Below the pieces are notes generated by a model. That model was not told the origin of the DNA and made no database searches. It saw only the letters and a list, made by a program, of their open reading frames with translations. Below are positions 1-9,387 of a DNA stretch of 64,000 bases, in pieces. The position numbers were made by a program, and so were the translations under genes. Source of the stretch: Candidatus Multivoradales bacterium. Lineage in GTDB: Bacteria; Acidobacteriota; Thermoanaerobaculia; Multivoradales; JAHEKO01. The stretch covers positions 2,496,001 to 2,560,000 of the forward strand of contig CBDCXM010000009.1 in NCBI GenBank assembly GCA_965223855.1. Reading direction: 5' to 3'. Each line of letters opens with the position of its first letter. Positions within the stretch are counted from its first letter, which is position 1.

Positions 1-1013
1 GTCTCGAGCCAGCCGGAGGCTTCGAGACCTCCGACCAGCGCCATCAGCAGCAGGGTGAAGATCGAGATCCCGACACCCCGTTCGAGCCCGTCCAGGAGCA
101 GCCCCTCCGCGCGATAGTTGCCGGAAGTGACCGAGATCAGGTCGGATGGCGCGATCAGGTCGAGAGCGAGACCGATCCCCAGGGCTACGGCGACCCCGAT
201 GAGCAGCCCCTGAACGAGGTGCCTTCCGGCCATCAGAGCAGCGAGCGCCGCGAGTGGGGCGGCAGCCAGAGGGAGCGCGCGGGCGGAGGTGTCGAGACTC
301 AGGACGGTGTCGGTGCCGACACCACCACCGAGCGCGTAGACCAGCAGAGCCGCTCCCGCGGCGGGCAGGGCATAGCGCAGTCGCGAGCGGACGACGCTTC
401 CGATCGCCGCCCCCTGGGTGCCGGCGGAGGCGATCGTCGAATCGGAGACCGGTGACAGGTTGTCGCCGAACGTCGCTCCACCGAGGATCGCTCCCATCAG
501 CATCGCCGGGTGGGTGCCGAGCTCGGCGCCGGCGCCGTAGAGGAGCGGCGCGCACAGCGCCAGGGTGCCGAGGCTGGTCCCGGTCGCGGTCGAGACGAGG
601 CAGCAGGCGAGGAACGAGGCGGCGACGAAACCACCCCCTGAGAGACCGATCGTGTCGGCGATCCACAGCACCGAGCCGACGAAGCCCGAGGCCTGGAGAA
701 GCTGGGCGAGGAGCCCCGCGAGCAGCCAGGCGAGGATCATCAGCGGGACGAGCGGCTGTGACATGCCGCGCACCATCGCCTCGCAGTACGCCCGCCGATC
801 GCGCGCAAGCAGGGTGCCGAAGGCGAGCGCGCCGATCAGCAGCGGCCAGAAGCCACGCTCGTCCGGCGCGCCCGACCATGCCAGCCAGCCGACCCCGGCC
901 AGGAAGGCCAGCCACGGCAGAAGTGCGCCGAAGGCGCCGCCGTGGAAATCTACCGTCGGCTTCGTCGGCGCCCCGTCGTCGGCCTGAAGGGTGGAAGTCT
1001 GTTCCTGTGTCAC
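1..1013 (-). CDS. Na+/H+ antiporter NhaC-family transporter (3' end beyond window start)
   Basis: Not in the ORF track. Manual translation of the minus strand from GTG at 1013 gives a polytopic membrane protein with 'STATGTSLGT' and 'GATFGDNLSPVSDSTIAS', the NhaC-family signature; no stop seen before position 1. Confidence 0.85.
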   Translation of the reverse strand, partial: MTQEQTSTLQADDGAPTKPTVDFHGGAFGALLPWLAFLAGVGWLAWSGAPDERGFWPLLIGALAFGTLLARDRRAYCEAMVRGMSQPLVPLMILAWLLAGLLAQLLQASGFVGSVLWIADTIGLSGGGFVAASFLACCLVSTATGTSLGTLALCAPLLYGAGAELGTHPAMLMGAILGGATFGDNLSPVSDSTIASAGTQGAAIGSVVRSRLRYALPAAGAALLVYALGGGVGTDTVLSLDTSARALPLAAAPLAALAALMAGRHLVQGLLIGVAVALGIGLALDLIAPSDLISVTSGNYRAEGLLLDGLERGVGISIFTLLLMALVGGLEASGWLE

Positions 1014-1092
1014 GATACCGGCGGAAACTAGCAGAGCAGGGCCCGGCGGACGACTCTCCGAGAGGATCGGCGGGCTGGCAGGAAGGACGAGA

Positions 1093-1452
1093 ATGGAGGA
1101 TTCCCCCCAGACGTTCACCCTCTACGACCTGAGGGTCGAGGTGGTGGCCACCGACCGGCCGATGGTGTGCAACCACGCCGCAGGAGACTTTTTCGAGTTG
1201 CGTGGGGAGAACCTGTCGCTGCCTCCGGGCCAGAGCTTCCCGATCTACCCGCTTGCCGCACTGCTGCCGTTGCTGCCGGCGAAGCAGCGAGAGACCGCGG
1301 CTGCGGACTGGATGTCGACCGACCACGAGGTCGCCTGTCCCGACCCGCACTGCGGTGCTCGCTTCCGGATCTCTCGAATCGGTCGTTCGAGCTTCGGTCG
1401 GGACGAGGTCACGGCGGTGCCGATGCCCGATGCCGAGGCCGACGGAACGTGA
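1093..1452 (+). CDS. TIGR04076-family small Cys-motif protein
   Basis: 119 aa from ATG 1093: 'LYDLRVEVV...VCNHAAGDFFEL...LLPLLPAKQR...ACPDPHCG', matching the family's C-x5-GD and CPDP pattern; purine-rich RBS upstream. Confidence 0.8.
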   Translation: MEDSPQTFTLYDLRVEVVATDRPMVCNHAAGDFFELRGENLSLPPGQSFPIYPLAALLPLLPAKQRETAAADWMSTDHEVACPDPHCGARFRISRIGRSSFGRDEVTAVPMPDAEADGT

Positions 1453-2510
1453 GAGTCTCCCCCCGGCTGCCGTGGAGTGCACCGCTGCTGCATGGCTGCT
1501 GGCAGCTGGCAGAGGACCACGGCACGCCGAGACTGGAGGAGGGGCGCCTCTTTGTACGCTGGAGCGAGGCGGTCGAGGCGGGTTTCGACACCTTCGATTG
1601 CGCCGACATCTACACCGGCGTGGAGGAGCTGCTCGGGCGGTTCCTGCGGACGCTTGATTCTCCCGACGCGGTTCGCGTCCATACGAAGTTCGTCCCCGAT
1701 CGTGCCTCTCTCGAGACACTCGACCGATCGACCATCGTTCGTGTCGTCGATCGGTCTCTCCGACGGCTCGGCAGGGAGAGTCTCGACCTGGTGCAGTTCC
1801 ACTGGTGGGACTTCGAGGTTCCCGGGTGGATCGAGGCGGGGAGGGTGCTCGACGATCTGCGACAGGCGGGCAAGATCCGGCGGCTGGGAGTGACCAACTT
1901 CGACCTCGACCACCTCAGGACGCTGATCGAGGCGGGAGTGGAAGTAGCGTCGGCGCAGGTGCAGTACTCGGTGCTCGATCGACGGCCCGAAGCCGGCTTT
2001 GCGACCTGGTGCCGGGAACACGGCATCGCGCTCCTGGCCTACGGAGCGCTGGCCGGAGGGCTGCTGTCCGAGCGGTGGCTCGGCGTGGAGGCTCCCGGGT
2101 CGGCCGAGAATCGGTCGCAAACCAAGTACCGCCTCGTGGTGGAGGAAGTGGGTGGATGGCAGGCGCTGCAGGCTCTCCTCGAGGCGCTGGCGGCCGTCGC
2201 CGAGCGTCACGACACCACGGTTTCGGTAGCGGCGCTGCGATGGGCACTGGAGCGCCCGGGTGTCCGGGGTGTAATCGTCGGGACGGGTCGACGAAGCTCG
2301 TTGGCCGCGCTACGACGGGTGGTCGGAGCGGGTTCCGGGGATCGGTCCTGGGAGGAGGAGTCTTGGGAAGAGTTGGAACGAACGCTCGAGCGATATCCCG
2401 GGCCGCAGGGCCACATCTACGGCCTCGAGCGCGAGCCCGGCGGTCGCCACTCAGCGATCCTGCGCACCGACCTGCAGGGAGTCGCGACCTCCTCGGAGGA
2501 GGGCGAGTGA
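1449..2510 (+). CDS. Aldo/keto reductase
   Basis: GTGA overlap with the upstream gene; 'GCWQL', 'FDCADIY', 'HTKFVP', 'DLVQFHWW', 'GVTNF', 'QVQYSVLDRRP' AKR motifs. Confidence 0.9.
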   Translation: MRVSPRLPWSAPLLHGCWQLAEDHGTPRLEEGRLFVRWSEAVEAGFDTFDCADIYTGVEELLGRFLRTLDSPDAVRVHTKFVPDRASLETLDRSTIVRVVDRSLRRLGRESLDLVQFHWWDFEVPGWIEAGRVLDDLRQAGKIRRLGVTNFDLDHLRTLIEAGVEVASAQVQYSVLDRRPEAGFATWCREHGIALLAYGALAGGLLSERWLGVEAPGSAENRSQTKYRLVVEEVGGWQALQALLEALAAVAERHDTTVSVAALRWALERPGVRGVIVGTGRRSSLAALRRVVGAGSGDRSWEEESWEELERTLERYPGPQGHIYGLEREPGGRHSAILRTDLQGVATSSEEGE

Positions 2511-2515
2511 CGCCT

Positions 2516-4294
2516 ATGGCCCGACTCGCACCCGCCGTCGGTGCGCTCCTCCTGACCGCCCTGGGTTGCGCCTATCCGGAGACTTCGCGACCGGCGTCGC
2601 CGGACCGCCAGGCCGACGCGACGATCGACGGGTACATCGAGCGCTATTTCGACTTCTACCCGACGCGTGCGATCGAGGCGGGGCGACAGGAGTTCGCCTC
2701 GCGTCTGGAGGATTTCTCACCGGCGAGGTTGGCCGCCTGGATCTCCTTCAACGAGGAGACTCTGGAGACGATCGGGGAGCTCGACGGCAACGTGGGCCCC
2801 GAGGAGAGCTTCGACCTCGAGTTGATCGCCCGCCGCGCACGCCTCGAGATTCATTCGCTCTCGACCCGTGAGGTTCATCGTGCCGACCCGCTCTTCTGGA
2901 CCCGCCCGATCGGCAACGCCACCGTCTTCCTGCTGGTCCGCGAGGACCCACCGCTCGCAGACCGGCTCGCCGGCGCCGTGGCACGGGCGGAGCAGCTGCC
3001 GAAGCTCGCCGATCAGGCCCTGGCGGCACTCGCGGATGCCGAGGGTCGGGCGTCGGCCGAGGTCGCGGCGATCGCGGCCCGACAGGCTCGAGCCTCGGCG
3101 CTCTTCTATCGCGAGGGGTTTCCGGAGGCGGGGGAGGGTGTCGATGTCGCCCTGCGGGAGCGGCTTGCCGAGACCGGCCCCCATGCCGCCGTCGCTCTGA
3201 CTCGACTGGCCGATCGGCTCGACGCCCTCGCCGACGCGGCAACCGGTTCCCCCCGGCTGGGTGAGCACTACGAACTGCGCTTCAGGATCGTGACGGGAGG
3301 AGCTTCCTCCCCGGAGGTTCTGGGCGAGGCCATCAAGGCGCTCGAGGCCAAGGTGGTCGAAGCGGCCGCCTACGGCCGTGAGGTGTGGAGTGAGGCGCTG
3401 GTGAACGAGCCCCAACCGGCGGAGGATCGCGACCTGCTGCGGCGACTCTTCGCACGGGTCTCCGAGGACAGGGCGAGTACGGTCGAAGAGTTCGTCGCCG
3501 ACTACGAACAGCTGCTGGCGCAGTCGGTCGCCTTTGTCCGCGAGCGAGACCTCATCACCCTGCCGGAGCCGCTGACGGTCCACACGGCGAGATCCCCCGA
3601 CTTCTTCGTCGGTCAGTCGGTCGGCGGGGTCTATCCGGCGGGGCCGTACGCCCCGGACGATGCCGACACGCTCTTCTACCTGCCGACACCGTCTCCCGGC
3701 ATGAGCGCCGAGCAGCGGGACGGGTTCTTCCGCGACTTCAACCACCACTTCAACGTCATGATCACGCCGCACGAGATGGTGCCGGGGCACTACCTGCAGC
3801 TCAAGTTCGCGGCGCGCCATCGCCGTCCGGCGCGGGCGCTCTTCAGCGACGGCATCTACGTGGAGGGGTGGGGCACCTTCTGCGAGCGGTTGATGCTCGA
3901 TCTCGGCTGGGGCGGGCCGCTCGACCGTCTGGCTCACCTCAAGAAGCAGCTCGAGAACATCGCCCGCACGATCGTCGACATCCGCGTGCACACCGAGGAC
4001 ATGAGCCGCGAGGAGGTGCTGGCCTTCGTCCGCGACCAGGCGCTGCAGGACGAGCAGTTCGCCTCGAACATGTGGGTGCGCGCCCTCACTTCGTCGCCGC
4101 AGCTCGTCAGCTACCACCTCGGCTACCGCGAGGTGAAGGGCCTCTACGACGACGTCAAGGCGGCTCGCGGGGACGACTTCGTACTCAAGGAGTTCATGGA
4201 CGGGATGATGGAGTTCGGGCCCGTCCCGGTTCGGCACTATCGCGCGCACATGCTCGGCCGGGCGGCGGAAGGCGGGGAAACCGCGGCGCGATAG
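2516..4294 (+). CDS. DUF885-family lipoprotein (zincin-like metallopeptidase motifs)
   Basis: Lipobox 'ALGC'; 'PHEMVPGHYLQ' and 'YVEGWGTFCE' motifs typical of DUF885. Alternative start GTG 2507. Confidence 0.85.
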   Translation: MARLAPAVGALLLTALGCAYPETSRPASPDRQADATIDGYIERYFDFYPTRAIEAGRQEFASRLEDFSPARLAAWISFNEETLETIGELDGNVGPEESFDLELIARRARLEIHSLSTREVHRADPLFWTRPIGNATVFLLVREDPPLADRLAGAVARAEQLPKLADQALAALADAEGRASAEVAAIAARQARASALFYREGFPEAGEGVDVALRERLAETGPHAAVALTRLADRLDALADAATGSPRLGEHYELRFRIVTGGASSPEVLGEAIKALEAKVVEAAAYGREVWSEALVNEPQPAEDRDLLRRLFARVSEDRASTVEEFVADYEQLLAQSVAFVRERDLITLPEPLTVHTARSPDFFVGQSVGGVYPAGPYAPDDADTLFYLPTPSPGMSAEQRDGFFRDFNHHFNVMITPHEMVPGHYLQLKFAARHRRPARALFSDGIYVEGWGTFCERLMLDLGWGGPLDRLAHLKKQLENIARTIVDIRVHTEDMSREEVLAFVRDQALQDEQFASNMWVRALTSSPQLVSYHLGYREVKGLYDDVKAARGDDFVLKEFMDGMMEFGPVPVRHYRAHMLGRAAEGGETAAR

Positions 4295-4304
4295 GCTCGG
4301 CGGG

Positions 4305-5336
4305 ATGCGACGCTTCGCGACCTTCCCCCTGATCGTCGCCGCGCTGGCGGTGGTGGCCTTTGCACCTGCGGTCGCAGCGGCGCCTTGGAAGCTCGCCACT
4401 CTGGTGCCCGACGGCTCGGTGTGGGATCGCGCGTTGCGGGAGATGAGCGAGGAGTTCTCGGACGCCACGGACGGACGGGTGTCACTGCGCGTCTATCCCG
4501 GCGGCGTCGCCGGTGACGAGACCGACATCGTCCGCAAGTTGAGGATCGGTCAGCTTCACGCGGCTGCGCTGACCACCGCCGGCCTGAGTGAGATCGACGA
4601 GGGATTCTCTGTCTTCTCGACGCCGCTCCTGTTCCAGTCCTATGACGAGCTGTTCGGTGTGCTCGAGGCGGTCGAGCCGGAACTGCGCCGGCGACTCGCC
4701 GACGCGGGGTTCGAGCTGCTCCACTGGGGCCACGGCGGGTGGGTGCACGTCTTCTCGAAGGAAAGGGTCGCGACGCTCGCCGATCTCAAGGGGATGAAGC
4801 TCTTCGCCTGGGCCGGCGACGACGCGCGGGTGCAGCTGTTCCGCACCTCCGGCTTCCAACCGGTAGCGCTCGCCAGCACGGACGTCCTCACCGGGCTGCA
4901 GACCGGCCTGATCGAGGCCTACCCGACGACTCCGCTCGCGGCGCTGTCGTTGCAGTGGTTCCGGCAGACGCCTCACATGTCGGAGATCGGCCTCGCGCCC
5001 CTGGTGGGGGCGGTGATCGTCTCGCGCCGCAGTTTCGATCGCCTCGACGACGGAGACCGGGAGCAGATCCGACAGATCGCCCGAGGCTACGGCGAGCGCC
5101 TGGCAGCGGAGATTCCGGAGCAGGACGAGAAGGCGGTCACCGAGATGAAGCAGCGCGGCCTCACGGTCGTCCCTGTCGAGGACGAGGAAAACTGGCACGC
5201 GGCAGCCCGCGACTTCGTCGCCACCTCGCGCGGTGACCTCGTACCGGCCGGGCTGCTCGACACGATCGTCGGCGAGCTCGAGGCGCTCCGCGCCGCCTTG
5301 CCGCCTCGTGCGGAGACCACGGAGTCGTCTCCCTGA
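4305..5336 (+). CDS. dctP: TRAP transporter substrate-binding protein
   Basis: Signal peptide, 'KLATLVPDGSVW', 'TDGRVSLRVYPGGVAGDE', 'DLKGMKL', 'VLTGLQTGLIE'. Confidence 0.9.
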   Translation: MRRFATFPLIVAALAVVAFAPAVAAAPWKLATLVPDGSVWDRALREMSEEFSDATDGRVSLRVYPGGVAGDETDIVRKLRIGQLHAAALTTAGLSEIDEGFSVFSTPLLFQSYDELFGVLEAVEPELRRRLADAGFELLHWGHGGWVHVFSKERVATLADLKGMKLFAWAGDDARVQLFRTSGFQPVALASTDVLTGLQTGLIEAYPTTPLAALSLQWFRQTPHMSEIGLAPLVGAVIVSRRSFDRLDDGDREQIRQIARGYGERLAAEIPEQDEKAVTEMKQRGLTVVPVEDEENWHAAARDFVATSRGDLVPAGLLDTIVGELEALRAALPPRAETTESSP

Positions 5337-5350
5337 GATTCCTCCGCTCG

Positions 5351-7123
5351 TTGCACCGGGGAGAGGACCGGCTGGTCGCCCTGGTGCTGGCGGCGCTGTT
5401 GTTCCTGCCCGTAGCCGAGGCGGCGATGCGGCTGCTCGGCGGCCGGGGAGTTCCCGGTTCGGTGCCAGTCGTTCAGCACCTGACGCTGTGGGTCGCCTTC
5501 CTGGGAGCCGCACTGGCGGCGCGCGACGAGAAGCTGCTCGTCATGGCCTCGGGCGAGTTCCTGCGTGGAGGGTGGAAGCGGTGGGGCAAGGTCTTCGCCG
5601 CGCTGGTCGCCTCTGCCAGCTCGGTGCTGCTGGCCGTCGCCTCCTGGGAGCTGGTCGGCATCGACCGGCAGGCGGGGGGCGAGATCGCGCTCGGGATTCC
5701 GGTGTGGTGGGCGCAGCTCGTGATGCCCATCTCCTTCGCCGTCATCGCCCTGCGCCTCGTCTGGCACTGCGGATCAGGTCGGATCGAGCGATCGGTCGCC
5801 GCTCTCGGGCTGCTGCTGGGAGCGGTCGTCGCCTGGCGGTGGGAGTCGCTCTATGACGCTCCGGGTTGGTGGGGGATCGCGCTGCTCGTGACCGGCACCC
5901 TGGCGGGTGGGCCGATCTTCGCCGCCCTCGGCGGAGCCGCCGTCTACCTCTTCCTGACCGACGGTGTGCCGGCGGCGGCGGTGCCGGCCGAGACCTACCG
6001 GCTCTCGGTCTCCCAGACCCTGCCGGCGATCCCACTCTTCACCCTGGCGGGGTTCCTGCTCGCCCGCGGCGAGTCGTCGCGGCGGCTGCTGCGGATCTTC
6101 CGGGCGCTCTTCGGCTGGGTGCCCGGAGGGACCGCGGTGGTGGCGACGGTCCTGTGCGCTTTCTTCACCGTCTTCACCGGTGGATCGGGAGTGACGATCC
6201 TCGCTCTCGGCGCCCTGCTCTTCCAGGCGCTGAGTTCCGACGGCTACCGGGAGCGCTTCTCGCTCGGGCTGCTGACTGCGTCCGGCTCACTCGGCCTCCT
6301 GTTCGCGCCGGCGCTGCCGCTGATCCTCTACGGCATCGTCGCTCAGGTGCCGATTCGCGAGCTCTTCGTCGGCGGAATCGTGCCGGGCGTGCTGCTGGTC
6401 GGCCTCCTGGCGCTGTGGGGAGTGAGGGAGGGGTTGCGGGGTGACACCGAGCGGGTGTCGTTCTCGGCGGCCGAGGCACGGTCGGCCGCCTGGGAGGCGA
6501 AATGGGAGCTGCTCCTGCCGTTCGTCACCCTCGGGCTGATCTTCGGCGGCTTCGCGACGCTGGTCGAGGCGGCCGCCTTCACCGCCCTCTACGCCATGGC
6601 ACTGGTGACGCTCTTCCATCGCGAGCTCGGTCTGCGCGCCGTGCGCGAGACACTGACCGAGTGCAGCCTGCTGCTGGGAGGCGTTCTCATCATTCTGGCC
6701 GTCGCCATGGGGCTGACCAGCTACCTCGTCGATGCGCAGATACCGGCGCAACTGCTCGCGTGGGTGGAAGCCAACATCCACTCGCCGCTCCTCTTCCTCC
6801 TGATGCTGAACCTCTTCCTGCTGCTGGTCGGCTGCCTGATGGACATCTTCTCGGCGATCGTCGTCGTCGTGCCGCTGATCGTGCCGCTGGGGGCGGCGTT
6901 CGGCATCGATCCGATCCACCTGGGGATCCTCTTCGTCGCCAACCTCGAGCTCGGCTACCTGACCCCTCCTGTGGGGCTCAATCTCTTCCTCGCCGCCTAT
7001 CGCTTCGACCGCCCTCTGCTCGAGGTATGGCGAGCGGCGCTCGTGCCGCTGGCGATCCTGGCGTTGGGCGTGCTGTTGATCACCTACGTTCCCGCGCTCA
7101 CCCTCTCGTTGCTCGGACGCTAG
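5351..7123 (+). CDS. TRAP transporter fused small+large permease (DctQ-DctM)
   Basis: N-terminal 4-TM DctQ-like part ('LWVAFLGAALA'), then DctM motifs 'PAIPLFTLAG', 'IDPIHLGILF', 'GYLTPPVGLNLF'. Start codon uncertain. Confidence 0.88.
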   Translation: MHRGEDRLVALVLAALLFLPVAEAAMRLLGGRGVPGSVPVVQHLTLWVAFLGAALAARDEKLLVMASGEFLRGGWKRWGKVFAALVASASSVLLAVASWELVGIDRQAGGEIALGIPVWWAQLVMPISFAVIALRLVWHCGSGRIERSVAALGLLLGAVVAWRWESLYDAPGWWGIALLVTGTLAGGPIFAALGGAAVYLFLTDGVPAAAVPAETYRLSVSQTLPAIPLFTLAGFLLARGESSRRLLRIFRALFGWVPGGTAVVATVLCAFFTVFTGGSGVTILALGALLFQALSSDGYRERFSLGLLTASGSLGLLFAPALPLILYGIVAQVPIRELFVGGIVPGVLLVGLLALWGVREGLRGDTERVSFSAAEARSAAWEAKWELLLPFVTLGLIFGGFATLVEAAAFTALYAMALVTLFHRELGLRAVRETLTECSLLLGGVLIILAVAMGLTSYLVDAQIPAQLLAWVEANIHSPLLFLLMLNLFLLLVGCLMDIFSAIVVVVPLIVPLGAAFGIDPIHLGILFVANLELGYLTPPVGLNLFLAAYRFDRPLLEVWRAALVPLAILALGVLLITYVPALTLSLLGR

Positions 7124-7492
7124 GGCGAGGAGGCGGGCTCGAGCCTCACACGACCGTAGCGGCCGCAAGCGGCGCGGTGAAGGGCTTCGGGTAAGGCTTG
7201 AGCTTGCGGCCTGCGAGCGGTGAGCGTCGAGGGTCGCTCGTTGAGGCAGCTGCGGACTATTGGCCGAGACGGTTCCGGTTTCCGGGGAGCGTCGGGAGTT
7301 CACTGCACGAGGCTGAGCGTGGACCCAGGTGTGGCGTCAACGGTTTCGGCGAGCCGGCCGCGCCGCGACCGCGCCGATGCTGTTCCGGGAACCACGAGGG
7401 TGCAGCGATGAGGATGCACGTGGACTACCTGGCCTACCTGGAAGGCGACGGCGCCCTTACCTGCTGGATACGGCGAGGCGAGGAGAAGGCGC

Positions 7493-9010
7493 CTACCGCA
7501 ACCCGGGAATCCGCCGCATCCACCGGAACGCCCGGCTCAGCGCACTCGCCCGACCCTCGGAGTCGATCTTCGACAGGATCCCTTCGTAGCCGCCGCCGGT
7601 CGTGACGCTCGAGACGATGCTGTGAGTGCGGGTGAAGCGTCGGATGCCGTCGGCACCGTGGCGCCGGCCGAGACCGCTCTGCTTGACGCCCCCCATCGGC
7701 ACGTCGAAGGTGTTGTAGACGATCAGCGACGAGTTGATGTGGACCGAGCCGGCGTCGATCCGGCGGGCCAGCTCCTGGGAACTCCCCTCGGAGCCGGTCC
7801 AGACGGAGGCGTTGAGGCCGTAGTCGGTGTCGTTGGCGCGTTCGAGCGCCTCGTCGGCGCCGGCGACCGGGTAGAGCGCGACGACCGGTCCGAAGGTCTC
7901 GTGGCAGGCGAGTTCCATCGACGGATCGACTCCGGTCAGCAGCGTCGGGGCGACGAAGGTCGGACCCTTTTCGGGGAGCGCACCGCCGCCGGTTCGCACT
8001 TGTGCGCCTTTCGCCACGGCGTCGTCGATGTGGCCGAGCACCTTGTCCCTGTGGACCTCGCTGACGAGGCATCCCATGTCGATGTTCCAGTCGGTCGAGT
8101 AGCCGACCTCGAGCGCCTCGGCCCTCCTCACCGCCGCCTCGACGAACGGTTCGAAGATCGACTCCTCGATGTAGGCACGCTCCATGGCGATGCAGGTCTG
8201 GCCGGCGTTGTAGAAGGCTCCGCTCACGAAGCCCCGAGCGGCCGCCTCGACGTCGGCTCCCTCGAGCACGATCAGCGGGTTCTTGCCGCCGAGCTCGAGC
8301 GAATGGGGGATGAGCCTCTCGCCGGCCCGCGCCGCGACCTTGCGGCCGACCGCCGCGCTGCCGGTGAAACTGATGTAGTCGACGCTGTCGACCAGTGCCG
8401 CGCCGGCGGAAGGTCCGTCGCCGTGAACCAGCTGGAAGACGCCGTCGCCGAACCCGCACTGCGCCAGCAGCGCGGCTCCGATCTCGGCCGACAGCGGCGT
8501 GAGCTCGGAAGGCTTGACCACCACCGTGTTGCCTGCGAGCAGCGCCGGCAGGGCGTCGGCGATCGCGAGGATGAAGGGGTAGTTCCACGGCGAGATGATC
8601 CCGACGACTCCGTGAGGCCGCCGGATCACCCGTGCCGAGGTCAGAAAGGGGCTTGCCCCCGGGTGCTCGCGCTCGGCGAGGTGATCACCGCCGTGAGCGC
8701 CGTAGTAGCGCGCCGTGCCGGCGACGGTCAGGATCTCCATCAGCGCCTCGCGACGCGGCTTGCCGCTTTCGCGCTGGACCGTATCGAGAATCTCCTCGCG
8801 CCGATCGAACAGCAGGTCGTGGAAGCGCTTCAGCCGGCGCGTCCGCTCCCCGAGGCCCAGTCCCTCCCAGGTCGGTTGGGCGGCTCGTGCCGCGGCCACC
8901 GCGTCTCCGACGCCCGCGGGCGAAGCCGCATCGACGCAGCCGACCCGCTCACCGGTGGCGGGGTTGTGGACGACGATCTGCGAATCTTCGACTCGCTGTG
9001 CTTGTGCCAT
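7493..9010 (-). CDS. NAD(P)-dependent aldehyde dehydrogenase (succinate-semialdehyde dehydrogenase-like)
   Basis: 'ISPWNYPF', 'KPSELTP', 'FTGS', 'ELGGKNP', catalytic 'GQTC', 'ETFGPV'. Confidence 0.92.
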   Translation of the reverse strand: MAQAQRVEDSQIVVHNPATGERVGCVDAASPAGVGDAVAAARAAQPTWEGLGLGERTRRLKRFHDLLFDRREEILDTVQRESGKPRREALMEILTVAGTARYYGAHGGDHLAEREHPGASPFLTSARVIRRPHGVVGIISPWNYPFILAIADALPALLAGNTVVVKPSELTPLSAEIGAALLAQCGFGDGVFQLVHGDGPSAGAALVDSVDYISFTGSAAVGRKVAARAGERLIPHSLELGGKNPLIVLEGADVEAAARGFVSGAFYNAGQTCIAMERAYIEESIFEPFVEAAVRRAEALEVGYSTDWNIDMGCLVSEVHRDKVLGHIDDAVAKGAQVRTGGGALPEKGPTFVAPTLLTGVDPSMELACHETFGPVVALYPVAGADEALERANDTDYGLNASVWTGSEGSSQELARRIDAGSVHINSSLIVYNTFDVPMGGVKQSGLGRRHGADGIRRFTRTHSIVSSVTTGGGYEGILSKIDSEGRASALSRAFRWMRRIPGLR

Positions 9011-9075
9011 GAGGCGAGCGTATCGTGACGGCCGCAACGGCCGGCCGCTACCGGCGGGCAGGCGCGGCTTCCCGG

Positions 9076-9387
9076 CTATCGGTCAGCGACCAGCGTCACA
9101 GAGGTGGCCCCCCAACCGCCCGCTTCCGGGGGCGCGTCGCCGAAGGTCACGACCCGAGGATCGCGCTCGAGCAGCGTCCGGACGCTCCTGCGCTGGGTGC
9201 CGGTGCCGCGACCGTGGATGATGCGCAGGTGAATCAGGCCCTTTTCGACCGCCGCGTCCAGGTAGGCGCGAACGACGCTCGGTACCTCGGACGGGCGGAA
9301 GGGATGCAGGTCGATCACGTCCGTGATCTCGACCTCGATCGGGTCGTCGGGGTCCGGCTCTACCGGCCGTTCGGGCTCGTCGCTCAT
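9076..9387 (-). CDS. Standalone Smr/MutS2-domain protein
   Basis: 103 aa: 'IDLHPF...LRIIHGRGTG...GGWGATSV'; ATGA-coupled to the upstream gene. Confidence 0.88.
   Translation of the reverse strand: MSDEPERPVEPDPDDPIEVEITDVIDLHPFRPSEVPSVVRAYLDAAVEKGLIHLRIIHGRGTGTQRRSVRTLLERDPRVVTFGDAPPEAGGWGATSVTLVADR

Noticed and set aside
7408-7605. Small ORF 'MRMHVDYLAYLEGDGAL...' with a weak RBS
   Set aside because: Overlaps the aldehyde dehydrogenase 3' end by over 100 bp and has no recognisable family; at most a gene remnant.
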